NCBI GenBank assembly: GCA_965221775.1 | Contig: CBDCSU010000006.1 | Coordinates: 2,400,001-2,464,000 of the forward strand | Length of the DNA stretch: 64,000 nt | Reading direction: 5' to 3' | Source of the DNA: Candidatus Latescibacterota bacterium | GTDB taxonomy: Bacteria; Latescibacterota; UBA2968; UBA8231 | In this document: piece by piece, positions 1 through 10,351 of the stretch | How the letters are laid out: every line of letters begins with the position of its first letter | Numbering within the stretch: position 1 is the stretch's first letter | Made by a program: the position numbers and the translations under genes | The notes under the pieces: model-generated | What the model saw: only the letters and a program-made list of their open reading frames with translations | The model's database searches: none | Told to the model about the DNA's origin: nothing

Positions 1-392
1 CCCCGAGAAGGCCCCGGAGGCGTTCTACCGATCGAACAAGGAGCGCCTGTCGCGTTGACGGCGATCCTGATTACCCGTAAGCTACTGAGCAAGTTCTACT
101 TATGACCCGGTAGCCGGACCACAAAAAGGCCCGGCCGCGAGAAGGGATCTCGCAACCGGGCGCCTTTCCTGTCACAGAAAGGATTGCCAATGGCAACCCC
201 GAAGATACCCCCTGATCTGCCCGCTGTCAACCGTTACAGGCGATACGTCCGTGGCCCCCACGAGCAGTTCTGCCTCGTCTTCGCCCAGGTCGCCGGCTTC
301 GATCCCACGCCCGATGAGATCTTCGCGCCGCGAATGCGGGACCGCACGGTGACCCACGGGGATTTTCTGGAGCTGCTGCACGCGCCTCTTCG

Positions 393-530
393 CTAGCTGG
401 CGTGGGCGGCCCGGCCGCCGTGGTCCGTGAGGTCGGCGAAGCGTAGCCTCCGGCCCACGAAACCCGGCGCGATGGCCCGCATCTGCTCCACGGTGTCGGC
501 GTCGCGGTGGTCGTGGAGCCCGGCGAACTC
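393..530 (-). pseudogene. C-terminal remnant of an IS1595-family transposase
   Basis: Minus strand reads EFAGLHDHRDADTVEQMRAIAPGFVGRRLRFADLT, aligning with EFEGRHNQRPQDTIDQMRGMVRAGAFKRLRYKDLI at the end of the transposase at 19321-20300; no upstream part. Confidence 0.75.
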
Positions 531-589
531 CTACACGTTAGCAGCTGCAGGTGCTCTCCTTGCCATTCGTCAAGGAAGCTAGCTGGCAG

Positions 590-2764
590 CTAGCGGGCGG
601 AGGGCAACTCGATTCCGAGGGCCTCCAGGATCTCGACCGGCACCACCACGGGCCGGAAGCGCTGCTTCCTGCCGCCGAAACTCTGGGGGTTGGGACGGGA
701 CTCGCTGCCAGGGATTCTCAGCAGCACTTTGCGCAGATCCTTCTTCGTCAGGCTCGTTCGATCGAGGGCCGCCAGCAGGCCGCTGTGGGTGCAGGCTACC
801 ATCAGGCCGGTGCCGGCCTCGTCGCGGCGGATCCCCAACCGCTTGGCCACCTCGTCGCCGTAGCCCTGGATGGACAGGGCCTGCACCACGGTCATGTCCT
901 GCCCCTGAAAGCGGATCGGCAGCGCCAGCAGCTGCTGCACCACGTCGGCGCCCGGGGCCTCGGAGGCGGCCCAGGTTGGCTGCACCAGCGCCTCGCCGCC
1001 CCACCAGGTCCAGCCGGCCGTCAGCGCCGCGGCGTTGAGGATCGCCCGGTCGCGCACGCCATACTCCGGGTGAGCCTCCATATCGGCCTGCAGTTCCGCC
1101 ACCTGGGCGGCGATCTCCCACGATTCCCGGATCAGGGCGGAGCGAAACCGCTTCGCGTCGCCGAGGGCCTCCTTGATCGCGGCCCTCACCGCGGGCGTCG
1201 ACTTGCCCTCCAGTTGCGAGAGGGCGAAGCGGTTGGCGTCGGCCGGCTCCAGTTGCGGCATGGCGCGAACGGACAGCAACAGGGAGAACCGGAGGTACTG
1301 GCCCTGCAGCGTCGCGGCCCGACCGTTGGGCCGCACGACGCGCTCGTCATCCTCCAGGACGCGCTCACCGCCAGAGGCGAGACGAGCGATGGGGAGTAGC
1401 TTCTGGACCCACTTCCCCTCGGCCTCATCCACGACGATCGGCAGGGTGCGCCGGCGCACGATGCGATACATGTCCGCCACCGTGGCGTCGGCCATGTGGA
1501 CGCCCAGGGGCCGGCCCACGATCGGCTCGATGACGTTCTCCAGGAACCAGCTCTTGCCGGAGTCGGTGGGGCCGATCAGCAGCACGTGCGGCCGCCACGA
1601 GAGCATCCCGCCGACCAGCGACGTCACGATCCAGCTCATGACCCGCTGCCCGTCGGCCGGCGATTGCCAGTTGTAGGCTTCCACGGCCTCGCGCAGACGC
1701 CCCCGCTCCTGGATCGTCGCTGGCTCCCCAAGCTCCACGCGCAGGCCCGAAGTCCAGATGCCCGGGGCCCCGTCCAGGCCCGTCTCGGTGCCGTCCTCGA
1801 AGCGCAGCCGGTCCCCAAGGTTCCAGATCCTCTCCCCCGTCTTCGTGCGCACCGGGCCCGGCTGGTAGATCAACGACTCATCCACCGGCCCGAGGCCGTC
1901 GGCGATGCGGATCAAGGCGTCCCCGAGCTGGCGGGCCAGGGCGCGGGAGATGTCCTCCCCCTCGACTTGGCTCCTCCACCAGGCTAGCGGGGCGAAGGCG
2001 ATCTGTGTGGGGACCTCGCAGCACTGCGTACGGGGGCGGCGCAGGATGCGGCCGAGCTTGCGGGGCCACACGGCGACCAGCTCCCCGGAGGTCCCCAAGA
2101 CCCGGTAGTGGTCGTTCTCCGCCAGCAGGCCCAGGTCCAGCTTGCTCTCGGCCTCCTCCGCCTCCGCCTCGGCGGGGTCGTAGGGCTTGAGGAAGCGGGC
2201 CATGACGGCCGGGCAGATGCCGGCGGGGATCCAGTCAGCCACGTCGCTGCCGGCCTCGATGGCCACCTGCCCGCTCTCCGGATCGGCCTCCTGCGCCTCC
2301 GGCAGGGCCACGCGCAGGTCCTCCACGCCGAGGCCGTGCAGGTGGGCCGCGATCTCGGCCGCGGCGGCCCTCCCGGGCTCGTCGGCGTCGGCCACGATCG
2401 AAACGCGCCGATCCTTCTGGGGAGTCCAGTCCGTCAGGTGCCACGCGACCGGGCCGCCCATCCAAGTGGTGACGAACACCTCTGGACGCCAGCGCTGCAG
2501 GGCCTCCACGCACTTCTCGTCCCCCACCACGACGATCCGGTCCCGGTCCGTAACCAGCAGCTCCGGCAGCCTGTACAGGGGCCGCTTCCTGCGGCCGGGG
2601 CCCTTCGGAATCCAGCTGTCGCCGTTCGGGGTCCACTGACTCACCCGCTCTCCGGCGGCCGTCTCGCGCCGCACGACGGCGCAGAAGGGCTCTCCGGCGG
2701 CCGTTTGGTAGTGGTAGACGTCGCCAAGCGGCAGTTCAGGCTCTGATGTGCGTCTTCTTTCCAC
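590..2764 (-). CDS. Toprim primase fused to P-loop helicase (phage/plasmid replication protein)
   Basis: N-terminal RPLYRLPEL, IVVVGDEK (canonical VEGEK degenerate), DADEPG DxD, GSDVADW; C-terminal Walker A GPTDSGKS and Walker B IVVDEAE. Confidence 0.8.
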   Translation of the reverse strand: MERRRTSEPELPLGDVYHYQTAAGEPFCAVVRRETAAGERVSQWTPNGDSWIPKGPGRRKRPLYRLPELLVTDRDRIVVVGDEKCVEALQRWRPEVFVTTWMGGPVAWHLTDWTPQKDRRVSIVADADEPGRAAAAEIAAHLHGLGVEDLRVALPEAQEADPESGQVAIEAGSDVADWIPAGICPAVMARFLKPYDPAEAEAEEAESKLDLGLLAENDHYRVLGTSGELVAVWPRKLGRILRRPRTQCCEVPTQIAFAPLAWWRSQVEGEDISRALARQLGDALIRIADGLGPVDESLIYQPGPVRTKTGERIWNLGDRLRFEDGTETGLDGAPGIWTSGLRVELGEPATIQERGRLREAVEAYNWQSPADGQRVMSWIVTSLVGGMLSWRPHVLLIGPTDSGKSWFLENVIEPIVGRPLGVHMADATVADMYRIVRRRTLPIVVDEAEGKWVQKLLPIARLASGGERVLEDDERVVRPNGRAATLQGQYLRFSLLLSVRAMPQLEPADANRFALSQLEGKSTPAVRAAIKEALGDAKRFRSALIRESWEIAAQVAELQADMEAHPEYGVRDRAILNAAALTAGWTWWGGEALVQPTWAASEAPGADVVQQLLALPIRFQGQDMTVVQALSIQGYGDEVAKRLGIRRDEAGTGLMVACTHSGLLAALDRTSLTKKDLRKVLLRIPGSESRPNPQSFGGRKQRFRPVVVPVEILEALGIELPSAR

Positions 2765-2845
2765 CGTGGACGCTGGGCTCGTCGCACCACTGGTCGCGGA
2801 GGATTGGAGGGGTGGGGAGGGTCCCGCTGTCAGCCAATCCCGGCG

Positions 2846-5596
2846 TCAGAACGAAACCGTCGTGGTCATCGACACCGTCCGGGGCGCGCCGAGCCAGGCG
2901 GCGTTCTCGGTGATGGCCGAGAGATACGCCTCGTCGAGCAGGTTGTTCGCCACGATCGAGAACTCCACCGACCGGAGCAGGTCGCTCAGTGCTTCGCCCG
3001 AGAAGGCGACGTAGGCGTCGGCCAGCCAGTAGGCGTCGGCGTACCAGTCAGCCGTCAGGCTGACACGGCGCTTCGAGGTGTACTTGGCGCTCAGCCCCGC
3101 CCGGAGGGGGCCGTTGCGGTCGAGGGAGACGACCCACAGCCGTCCCGGCACCCCGGCCACGTCGGTCCCCGGGACGATGCCCTGGCTCTCGTCGACCAGC
3201 GGGTCGCCGCTGCCGAAGTACTCCGAGCCGTTGAGGGTGAAGGAGGTGTAGAGGGCCATCCGCCGCGGCATCTGTACCGTGGCGGCCAGCTCCAGGCCGC
3301 TGGTCTCGATCCCGCCGGCGTTGAAGTAGGCGCCGCCGCCCGGGATGAGGTAGTTGGGACCGGCCGTCGTCTGCGGGCCGAGGTAGAAGATCCGGTTCTG
3401 GAAGTCGATGGAGTACCAGGTCGCGCTCATGGCGACCCGGTCCCCCGCATACTGCAGCCCCACGTCGATGTTGGAGGCCGTCTCCGGATCAAGCTCGTCC
3501 AGGCTCCGGCCCGGCACCTCCAGCAGGGTGCTGCTGATGGCCTTGAAGTTTTCGGCGTACCCGGCGAAGAGGTCGAGCCCGTCCACTGGCGTCTGGTAGG
3601 TCACACCGCCCGAGAACAGCAGCTCCGAGTCGGAATCGACCTCCAGGTCCTCGTCGACACCGAACAGGTCCTCCCGCGACACCCCGACGAGGAACTGCCT
3701 GACGCCGCCGCTGAGCGCCAGGGGGCCGGCGTAGAGCGTCTCCTCCACGTACCACTTGAGGACGTGCTGCGGGAAGTCCCACTCGTACTGGTGCCAGTAG
3801 GCCTGCTCGTCCCACTTGAAGCTGAGCGTCGGGTCCAGCATCCGGTGCCAGTCGCGGCCCAAGTCGCGGCGCGAGTCCTCGTACCAGAGGCCGGCGCGCA
3901 GGGAGCTGGCGGCGGCGCCGATGGTGGTGAGCCACTCCTCGTCGAGGGTGACCCCGAGGCGGTCCTTCCCGTAGTGGCTGTGGCGGTACGACTGCACCGC
4001 CGTGGCCTCCGGGTGGCACGCCGGGTCGACGGCGGGGCCGCCCGAGCCGTAGTAGTTGAAGAGGTAGGACGAGGTGCAGCCGTCGACCGGTCCCACCGCG
4101 GCCCAGTCGCGGTCCACGAAGTAGATCAGCCCGAGTTGGTGGCCGCCCTGCACGGGTGCCAGGCCCGCCAGCTCCGACTCCGGTCCGCCGCCGTCGTCGA
4201 TGACGTCGACGATGTAGGGCGGCAGCCAGTCGCCGCGGCCCCGGTTGCGGTGGAAGTAGGCGCCCAGGTTCAGCGAGACGGCCTCGCCGAAGGGCCACTC
4301 CGCCTTGAGGTAGGCCAAAGTGTTGTTGCGCCGGGTCTGCCAGCCAGGCCGGTAGAACTGGTTCAGGTAGGGCACGGCGGGCCAGTCGCCGACCAGGCGG
4401 TCCCAGCGCGGGTTGGCCCGGAAGTCGGCCTCGCCGTAGAGCCGCTGGTAGGTGTCCTCGTGGATGCTGTCGTACGAGATGTAGCCGGTCAGGTCGAGGC
4501 CGCCGCGGGACGACACGAGCTTGGCGGCCAGATGCTCGCGCTCGTTGCGGGCCGAACCCTGGACCCAATCGGTCGCCTCCTGGCGGACGGCGGCGAACCA
4601 AGTGCGGGTCCCGCCCCCGAACAGCGGCCCCGTGTCGAACCGCAGGGCGAACCGCTGGCCCTCGTTCTCGCCTTGCGTGACGGAGGCGGTATACGTCCGC
4701 CTCGCCGCCGGATCGTCCGTCAGGTAGTTGAAGGTGCCCCCCAGGGCCTCCACCGACCGGGAGGCGATGTCGGCGGTCCCCTGCGAGACCTCCACGCCCC
4801 CGAGGTTCATCGGGTCGAGAAACCGGTTCGCCTTGGCGCCGCTGAAGTAGTCGGAGGTGCCGTTGGGGAAGCCGTCGATGGTGGTGCCGATCTGGGCCTC
4901 GCTGATCGTCACTTGGAAGCCGCGCACGGCGACATTGCTCGACCAGTCGTCGAAGCCGTACGCGTCCCCCTCCTGGACGGAGACGCCGGGGAGGTTGTCC
5001 ACCACCAACGTGACGCTGGTGATCTTCGACTGCTGCAGGACCATCGGCTCGGCCACGACGTTGCTGGCGAAGGTGCGGGGCTCCTCGGCGACGACGCTGA
5101 CCGACTCCAGCTGCCACGCCCGTTGCATGACGATGTCGACCGTGGCCGAGGCCCCCGCCGCCAGCGAGACCCGGATCCCCTCCATCCGGAACCGTGGCAG
5201 GGTCCCGCGGACGAGGTAGTCCCCGGGCCCCAGACCGGGGGCCGCGTAGGCGCCGTCGTCGCCGGTCACCACCTCGGTCGGCTCTCCGGGACCGCTCACC
5301 GTCACCCGGACCCCGGGCAGCGGGATGCCGCTCTCGTCGACGGTCACGCCTTCGATCGAGGCGGTGCGGGCCTCCGACGGCGAGGCGAGGAGGGACGTCA
5401 GCAGCAGGCAGACGACGGCGAGGCGTTCAGGCGAGGAATGGCCCCGCCAGCCGGGGTGCTTGAACTCCAGCACCCCCGACAGACGGGCGTTGAAGGCGGT
5501 CTCCCTGGTTCGTGGCAACGGGTAGGATCCTGGAGCCAGGGGAGCGGGATTGCGAGGGCCGCATCCACCAACATCCACCAAGACGGACGGCCCCAA
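2846..5596 (-). CDS. TonB-dependent receptor with N-terminal carboxypeptidase-regulatory-like domain (true start probably ~5473)
   Basis: IEGVTVDESGIPLPGVRVTV, plug-like LPGVSVQ..RGF, LDPETASNIDVG, NNLLDEAY, GAPRTV and terminal Phe. Confidence 0.9.
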   Translation of the reverse strand: MGPSVLVDVGGCGPRNPAPLAPGSYPLPRTRETAFNARLSGVLEFKHPGWRGHSSPERLAVVCLLLTSLLASPSEARTASIEGVTVDESGIPLPGVRVTVSGPGEPTEVVTGDDGAYAAPGLGPGDYLVRGTLPRFRMEGIRVSLAAGASATVDIVMQRAWQLESVSVVAEEPRTFASNVVAEPMVLQQSKITSVTLVVDNLPGVSVQEGDAYGFDDWSSNVAVRGFQVTISEAQIGTTIDGFPNGTSDYFSGAKANRFLDPMNLGGVEVSQGTADIASRSVEALGGTFNYLTDDPAARRTYTASVTQGENEGQRFALRFDTGPLFGGGTRTWFAAVRQEATDWVQGSARNEREHLAAKLVSSRGGLDLTGYISYDSIHEDTYQRLYGEADFRANPRWDRLVGDWPAVPYLNQFYRPGWQTRRNNTLAYLKAEWPFGEAVSLNLGAYFHRNRGRGDWLPPYIVDVIDDGGGPESELAGLAPVQGGHQLGLIYFVDRDWAAVGPVDGCTSSYLFNYYGSGGPAVDPACHPEATAVQSYRHSHYGKDRLGVTLDEEWLTTIGAAASSLRAGLWYEDSRRDLGRDWHRMLDPTLSFKWDEQAYWHQYEWDFPQHVLKWYVEETLYAGPLALSGGVRQFLVGVSREDLFGVDEDLEVDSDSELLFSGGVTYQTPVDGLDLFAGYAENFKAISSTLLEVPGRSLDELDPETASNIDVGLQYAGDRVAMSATWYSIDFQNRIFYLGPQTTAGPNYLIPGGGAYFNAGGIETSGLELAATVQMPRRMALYTSFTLNGSEYFGSGDPLVDESQGIVPGTDVAGVPGRLWVVSLDRNGPLRAGLSAKYTSKRRVSLTADWYADAYWLADAYVAFSGEALSDLLRSVEFSIVANNLLDEAYLSAITENAAWLGAPRTVSMTTTVSF

Positions 5597-5659
5597 GCGG
5601 TCTCCCCTGCAAGCCGCAACTGGTCAATCGACGGAAAATAACGGGAACGACTGGGAACG
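5562..5659. repeat. Short 10-bp-period repeats resembling integrase arm-type sites
   Basis: CATCCACCAA x2 (5562-5581) and GGGAACGACTGGGAACG (5643-5659). Confidence 0.35.
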
Positions 5660-5766
5660 CGCAAGCCGTCCCTTTGGAAGGGGATGTTCACACCCCGGAC
5701 CAGCCCGAGATCGGGAACGGGCGCCCCTACGAGCGGCGCAGCTGCACAGGACATCCCGGCGGGTGG

Positions 5767-6075
5767 CTATGGGGACTCCAGCTTCTCCTTGATCCGGAGA
5801 ACCTCGAGGGACTCCACGGCGTGGAGGACGCCTAGGTGGAGCTCTGGGGGGAGGATGAACCACACGGGGTGTCCGTGGGAGAGAGGAAAATTGGCGGCAT
5901 CGGTTGGCCGCACGTCCCCGGGCCCGTGCTCTGCTTTGTCGAACCAGCGGATGCCGAGGCGGAGGTGACCCCCGTGCATCACAGTCACGACGGCCCACCC
6001 CTCCTCCAGATTCATGTACACGAGATCCTGCACGTCCTTCATGCCGCGGATTGCGGCTTCGCTCATGGCCATCAC
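5767..6075 (-). CDS. Small hypothetical protein (LGIRW..FP.S.G.P.WFILP motif)
   Basis: Protein-like composition; GGAG RBS upstream; co-directional with parA/RHH. Confidence 0.6.
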   Translation of the reverse strand: MMAMSEAAIRGMKDVQDLVYMNLEEGWAVVTVMHGGHLRLGIRWFDKAEHGPGDVRPTDAANFPLSHGHPVWFILPPELHLGVLHAVESLEVLRIKEKLESP

Positions 6076-6332
6076 TGCTGACTCCTTCCGGTTGAGGGGG
6101 ACAAACCAAGTAGGCCCGGTGGTCGGCGGCCAAGAGCTGTATCTGCCCAGTCAGGGTGTCCTTGACGAAGGACGTTGTGCCGCAGCGAATCGCCGACGCC
6201 CCCCCGGCCCGCCCGCTACCCTGTGTGCCGGAGATCCTACCGGCTTGCCCGATCCGTAAGCAAACGACAGGAAGACCATGAGGAGGGACGAGCATCCCCC
6301 CCGGGGGGAAGCTGATAGCACGTCATCCCATC

Positions 6333-6560
6333 TCATCCAACTTGATGCCGTTCAAACAGCAGATCGAGGGCCTCCAGCCCGAGAGCATGGACGGTCGTCT
6401 CGTTCTGGGCGGCGAGCACCTTCAATCGCTTCGCCTGCTCGGGTTCGAGGTACAGGACCGTGGCCTTCTTGCCACGCCGAGACGGGGCGATCTTGGCCTC
6501 GGCCTTCGGCTCGCCAGCGGTCCGCCCGGCGTCTGCGAGGGTTGGCTTAGCTTTGGACAT
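6333..6560 (-). CDS. Ribbon-helix-helix DNA-binding protein, ParG-like centromere-binding partner
   Basis: 75 aa; flexible N-terminus then KATVLYLEPEQAKRLKVLAAQNETTVHALGLEALDLLF; overlaps the 3' end of parA (type Ib arrangement). Confidence 0.8.
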   Translation of the reverse strand: MSKAKPTLADAGRTAGEPKAEAKIAPSRRGKKATVLYLEPEQAKRLKVLAAQNETTVHALGLEALDLLFERHQVG

Positions 6561-7183
6561 GAGCCCCTCCTTCCGTCTGAGTCCATCGGTACAAGGCTTC
6601 GGTCTCGGTTGCCGCCAAGGATCGGGGCTCGGCTTCCTGAGCGGTCCTCCCGGCCGTGAACGCCCGGACGTGCGCGACCCGGGCCCCCAGGGTCACCGGA
6701 ACCCGAACTGCCTGGAAGCTCTGAATGGCCGTCGTCGCTTGGGCCGTCCAGTCGCCGCGAGGAGGGACAGCGTTCAGCACCACCGCCGCCGCCGTCTCCG
6801 CGATCCGGCCCACGTCCAGAGTCGCCGGGATGGCCGCCAGATCCACCGCGGACGGTCGACACGGCACGAGCATCAGATCCGCACAACGAGCCGCCTCCAC
6901 CGCCCCGCCGGCCTCTCGAGGAGCCGTGTCGATCACCGCCAAGGAGGCCCCTGCACCCCGGGCCGCATCGAGCACCCGCGCCAGCCGGGGTGGATGAGCC
7001 GTCACCACCGGCGGCGGATCTTCGCCTCGAAGGTCGCCCCAAACCGCCGTCGATCCCTGTTGGGTCCAGGTCGATCACAACAGCGTCGCCACCCGCGAGT
7101 TCGTGCGCCACCGCGAGGCCGACGGCCAAGGTCGTCTTGCCGCTCCCGCCCTTCTGTGATACCAGAGCAATCGTGCGCATCAT
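6547..7183 (-). CDS. parA: ParA-family partition ATPase (type Ib), +1 frameshift at ~7060
   Basis: SQKGGSGKTT deviant Walker A, IDLDP, VIDTAP, ADLMLVPCRPS; removing one base at 7060-7061 restores DLDPQGSTAVWGDLRGEDPPPVVTAH. Confidence 0.85.
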
Positions 7184-7195
7184 GCTAACTATGCT
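7179..7195. promoter_or_regulatory. parS/operator-like 9-bp-period repeats over the parA start
   Basis: ATCATGCT-A-ACTATGCT; the same motif recurs at 10352-10427. Confidence 0.5.
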
Positions 7196-7381
7196 ACGAT
7201 GAAGACACCGCTCGCGCAAGGGAAGATCGTCGCCCCCGGAGGCTTCCGGGGCCCGATAGCCCGGAAGGGGGTTGGTTGGAGGTGGCCGGAAGGATTATCC
7301 GCCCGCCCCGTGCCCCGGCAAACACAGGCCCAAGGCCTAGCCTGCGCGTTCCGCGGGCGCGAACCCCCAGGAGAGGGGGGG

Positions 7382-7780
7382 CTACTGGATGAACTTCACT
7401 TGGTATGCCCTGTTGCGGAAACTTTTGCTGGAATCACGAATCAGCGCATGCCAGCCACTGGTGCCAGAGACGGAGGTCCCGCTCTCCGGCGTGCCCCAAA
7501 TCACCGCGGTATGCTCAACTTGGATGTAGACTCCATTCTGATTCTCATACCCAAAGAAGAGGACGGTGGGTTCGGCGCCAGAAGAACTCAAGGGGATGGA
7601 TGCATAACTGGGATTCCTCTCCGTGTAGTTCCGATTCAAGATCGTCCCTGTGTTGACCTGCACCTGCAGGCTGGCGCCGGACGGTCCTTGCGGTCCTTCG
7701 GGTCCCTCTGGCCCCATGGGGCCTTCGCAGGCGGCCAGGATCATCAACAACCCCAGCCAAAGTGCTCCACATCGCCTCAT
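7382..7780 (-). CDS. Lipoprotein with short collagen-like Gly-Pro-X stretch
   Basis: Lipobox ILAAC followed by EGPMGPEGPEGPQGPSG; AAAGGA RBS upstream. Confidence 0.8.
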   Translation of the reverse strand: MRRCGALWLGLLMILAACEGPMGPEGPEGPQGPSGASLQVQVNTGTILNRNYTERNPSYASIPLSSSGAEPTVLFFGYENQNGVYIQVEHTAVIWGTPESGTSVSGTSGWHALIRDSSKSFRNRAYQVKFIQ

Positions 7781-7836
7781 CAGTGGCTTTCCTTTGCTTT
7801 GTAGTTGGGGAAAGTGAGGCGGCGTCCTGCCAGCCT

Positions 7837-8084
7837 GTGTAGAGAAGGACCTAAACGTTTGGCTGCCAGGGAGTTATCCCGGCACAGGTCCGACACGGCG
7901 CACCCGCAGGAAGCAGGTAGCCCCTGCCGGCTCATCCGCCGGCGCGAGGACCTTCCTGCAATCCCAGCGGCGTCGGATACCTGTCACCATCTCCGAAGGC
8001 CCCTTGCTACCTTGGTAGTCTACTTCTGAGAGCGTGTAGAGAAGCACCTAAGCGTATGACCGCCAGGGAGTTACCCCGGCACAG
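7837..8084. repeat. Pair of 51-bp direct repeats (7837-7887, 8034-8084)
   Basis: GTGTAGAGAAG(G/C)ACCTAA(A/G)CGT(T/A)TG(G/A)C(T/C)GCCAGGGAGTTA(T/C)CCCGGCACAG; 45/51 identical. Confidence 0.85.
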
Positions 8085-8859
8085 CCCGCAAGGTCACCAA
8101 GCCGCTCGCCGCCAGCAGGTAGCTACGATGGCAGCCGCTTCCAAAGCCGGAAGAAGTACGGCCAGCAGGGACCGCCCTCCCAGTCGCCCGGCGGAGCCTT
8201 CGCCCGCCACACCCGCGACAGCAGCTCGCACATCACCCGATCGCAGGCCTCCTCCTCGAGCTCTTGGTCGAGGCGGGGGTTGGGCTCGTGTTGCGGGGCC
8301 ACGGCCTACGACCCCTCCACCCGCTGGTCGGCCGCCAAAGGCTTCCCCGCCTCGCTCGACATGGCTCTGCGCCCTCCTTGGCTTGGGGGCGACATGATGT
8401 CTGGCAACAACTTACGGCTTCTCGGACCGGAAGGCCGCACGCACCGTTCTCGCCGGCCTTCGGCCCCCGGGGGCTGGTAGGAGGAGCCCCGTGGCAGGCC
8501 CCCGGCGACAGCACGCCAGGGAAGATGGGGCGGAGAAGGCCCCGATTCAAGCCCCCCAAGACGCCATCTGGCCCTTCGCGTAGTGGGCCGGCCTGTCCGG
8601 CGAGGCCCACTTTCCGGGAAGCCTATCTCTCCGGTCCGCGTAGAGGGGGGCGCAAGCGACTGGGCAGCAGCACGTTGGGCCCGGCACAGGCTAACTTGCG
8701 GTATGCGGAATTGCCGACAGTGACCCGCCTCGGAGGGGGGGAGTTGAACGGCCCGAGGGTGCGCCGTTCTATGTCCAGCTCCCGTGGGGAAGGACCCCGA
8801 GGGATTTTCGCGCCGAACGGGGGGAAACCCCGTGGGAGACGAGCATGGAACGGCAACCC

Positions 8860-9159
8860 TCACCTGTCCGACAGGTGGTCGATCATCGCGTCGAGAATTG
8901 CGATCAGTGCCTTGGTTTCCAGAACAAGACCAGAGCGCATGAGGTCGCGGACTTCATCCGAGTCGTCTGGAAAGAGTACATCTCCAACCACGCCGAAGAC
9001 TGGCTGGTCAAACACGAAGACATCAGCTTCCCGGTCATCGCCGACATCGAGGGCCGCCTCCAGGTCCCTCCTTAGCTCCTCCAAGCCTTCCAATCCGCTC
9101 TGCGACTTGATCGCCAGTAGTAGGGCGACGTTGAGGGCCAGAATCTTCCCCTGGCTCAT
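8860..9159 (-). CDS. Hypothetical acidic protein
   Basis: 99 aa ORF with lower GC and normal amino-acid composition; GGAG upstream. Confidence 0.5.
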   Translation of the reverse strand: MSQGKILALNVALLLAIKSQSGLEGLEELRRDLEAALDVGDDREADVFVFDQPVFGVVGDVLFPDDSDEVRDLMRSGLVLETKALIAILDAMIDHLSDR

Positions 9160-10011
9160 GTTGTTCAGCCGGACGAGACGGTTGTAATTCTCTCCGAGCT
9201 GCTGGAATGTGTCGAGCAGTTTCTGTAGTGGATTCTCTTCGGCCAGAAGTTCCCTCCCTCCTGCGGGGTGTGAGGAATGGTGGCCCCGGGTTCTTAGGAC
9301 CCCCTACCCCGAACGTCAAGGAACCCCACGGGACCCCCGCGGCCCCGACGCCGCCCGAAACCCCCCGAAATCGCCCGATCCGGCCGGCCCCGAGAATCGC
9401 CCAGGGCGAGCGGAGACGGGCCGCCAGCGCCGGATCGGCCCCGGCCGCGGGTCAGAAAGACGCCCCTCCCCCCCTCCAAGGCCGCCAGGAGCCGCCTCCG
9501 GCGCTCTGACGCCCTCCACCCCCCCAGACCCCCCGCATCAGGCCGGATCTCGCCCCCACGGGGGCCCCGAGGGCCGCCCAGGCCCGGGAACAGGGCCCCC
9601 GCGAGCGGATTCCGCACCGCCCGCGCCACGGCGCCAGCTCCCCCGACTCCCAACACCCGCGGCCCCGCCAGGCGCGCAGACGCCGCCTGAGCGGCTCCTG
9701 GAGGGCGCTGCCGAGGGCCCCGGCGCCCAGGGAGCTACACCACAACCCAAAACTTTGGTGTGAATCGAGGGCGCGGGGCACTTTGCCCCACCCGACCGAC
9801 CGCCGCGGGACCCGCGTTCGATCGGAACCCCCCCCCAGGGCCGGCACCCCGCCCTCGCGTGCCCCCTCGCGCCCGATCCACACGCTCTCGCGCCCTCGCC
9901 CCCGCCGCCGGCCCCGATCCGCGCCCGATCGCACCCTCGCCGTGGGTCCAGGCTGCGCCGATCGGGCCGTTCGAGGCCGCTTGTTACTGCCGACAATCGG
10001 CTGTAGCGCCT

Positions 10012-10328
10012 GTAACCACCCATCCCCCCCTCGATCCGCCCAACCCTCCTCGCCGGGCGCCGACGTCGTGGCCCGGATGGGATCGCCGCCGCCGGCGAGG
10101 CCATGGCCGCACGTGCCGGGAGGGCGAGTCACCGGCGGCCCTGTCCTCGCCGCTGCCCACTGTCTTGGGGGAGCTGATCGAGGCCGATTGAACCCCCGAT
10201 AAGGGACATTATCGCTGGTTCAAACCCCGGACAGCGATCCCGCCGGCCGGGATGGGGACCCGGTTTCTCCTGTCGGTAGCGGTCATTCCCCGAAGTAACC
10301 ACCCCGCCCCCTCGATCCGCGCACCCTC
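10012..10328. repeat. Direct repeat pair GTAACCACCC..CCCCCTCGATCCGC within a GATC-rich non-coding region
   Basis: Copies start at 10012 and 10295. Confidence 0.65.
10188..10223. other. dif-like tyrosine-recombinase core site (inverted arms, 6-bp spacer)
   Basis: TTGAACCCCCGATAA-GGGACA-TTATCGCTGGTTCAA; 13/15 complementary arms with the ATAA-N6-TTAT core seen in Xer/dif sites. Confidence 0.55.
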
Positions 10329-10351
10329 TCCGAGCCCCGGCGCCACCTGAT

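Noticed and set aside
172-396. Small ORFs at the window start
   Set aside because: Overlapping opposite-strand ORFs with no recognisable family; possibly passengers of the IS remnant but unsupported.
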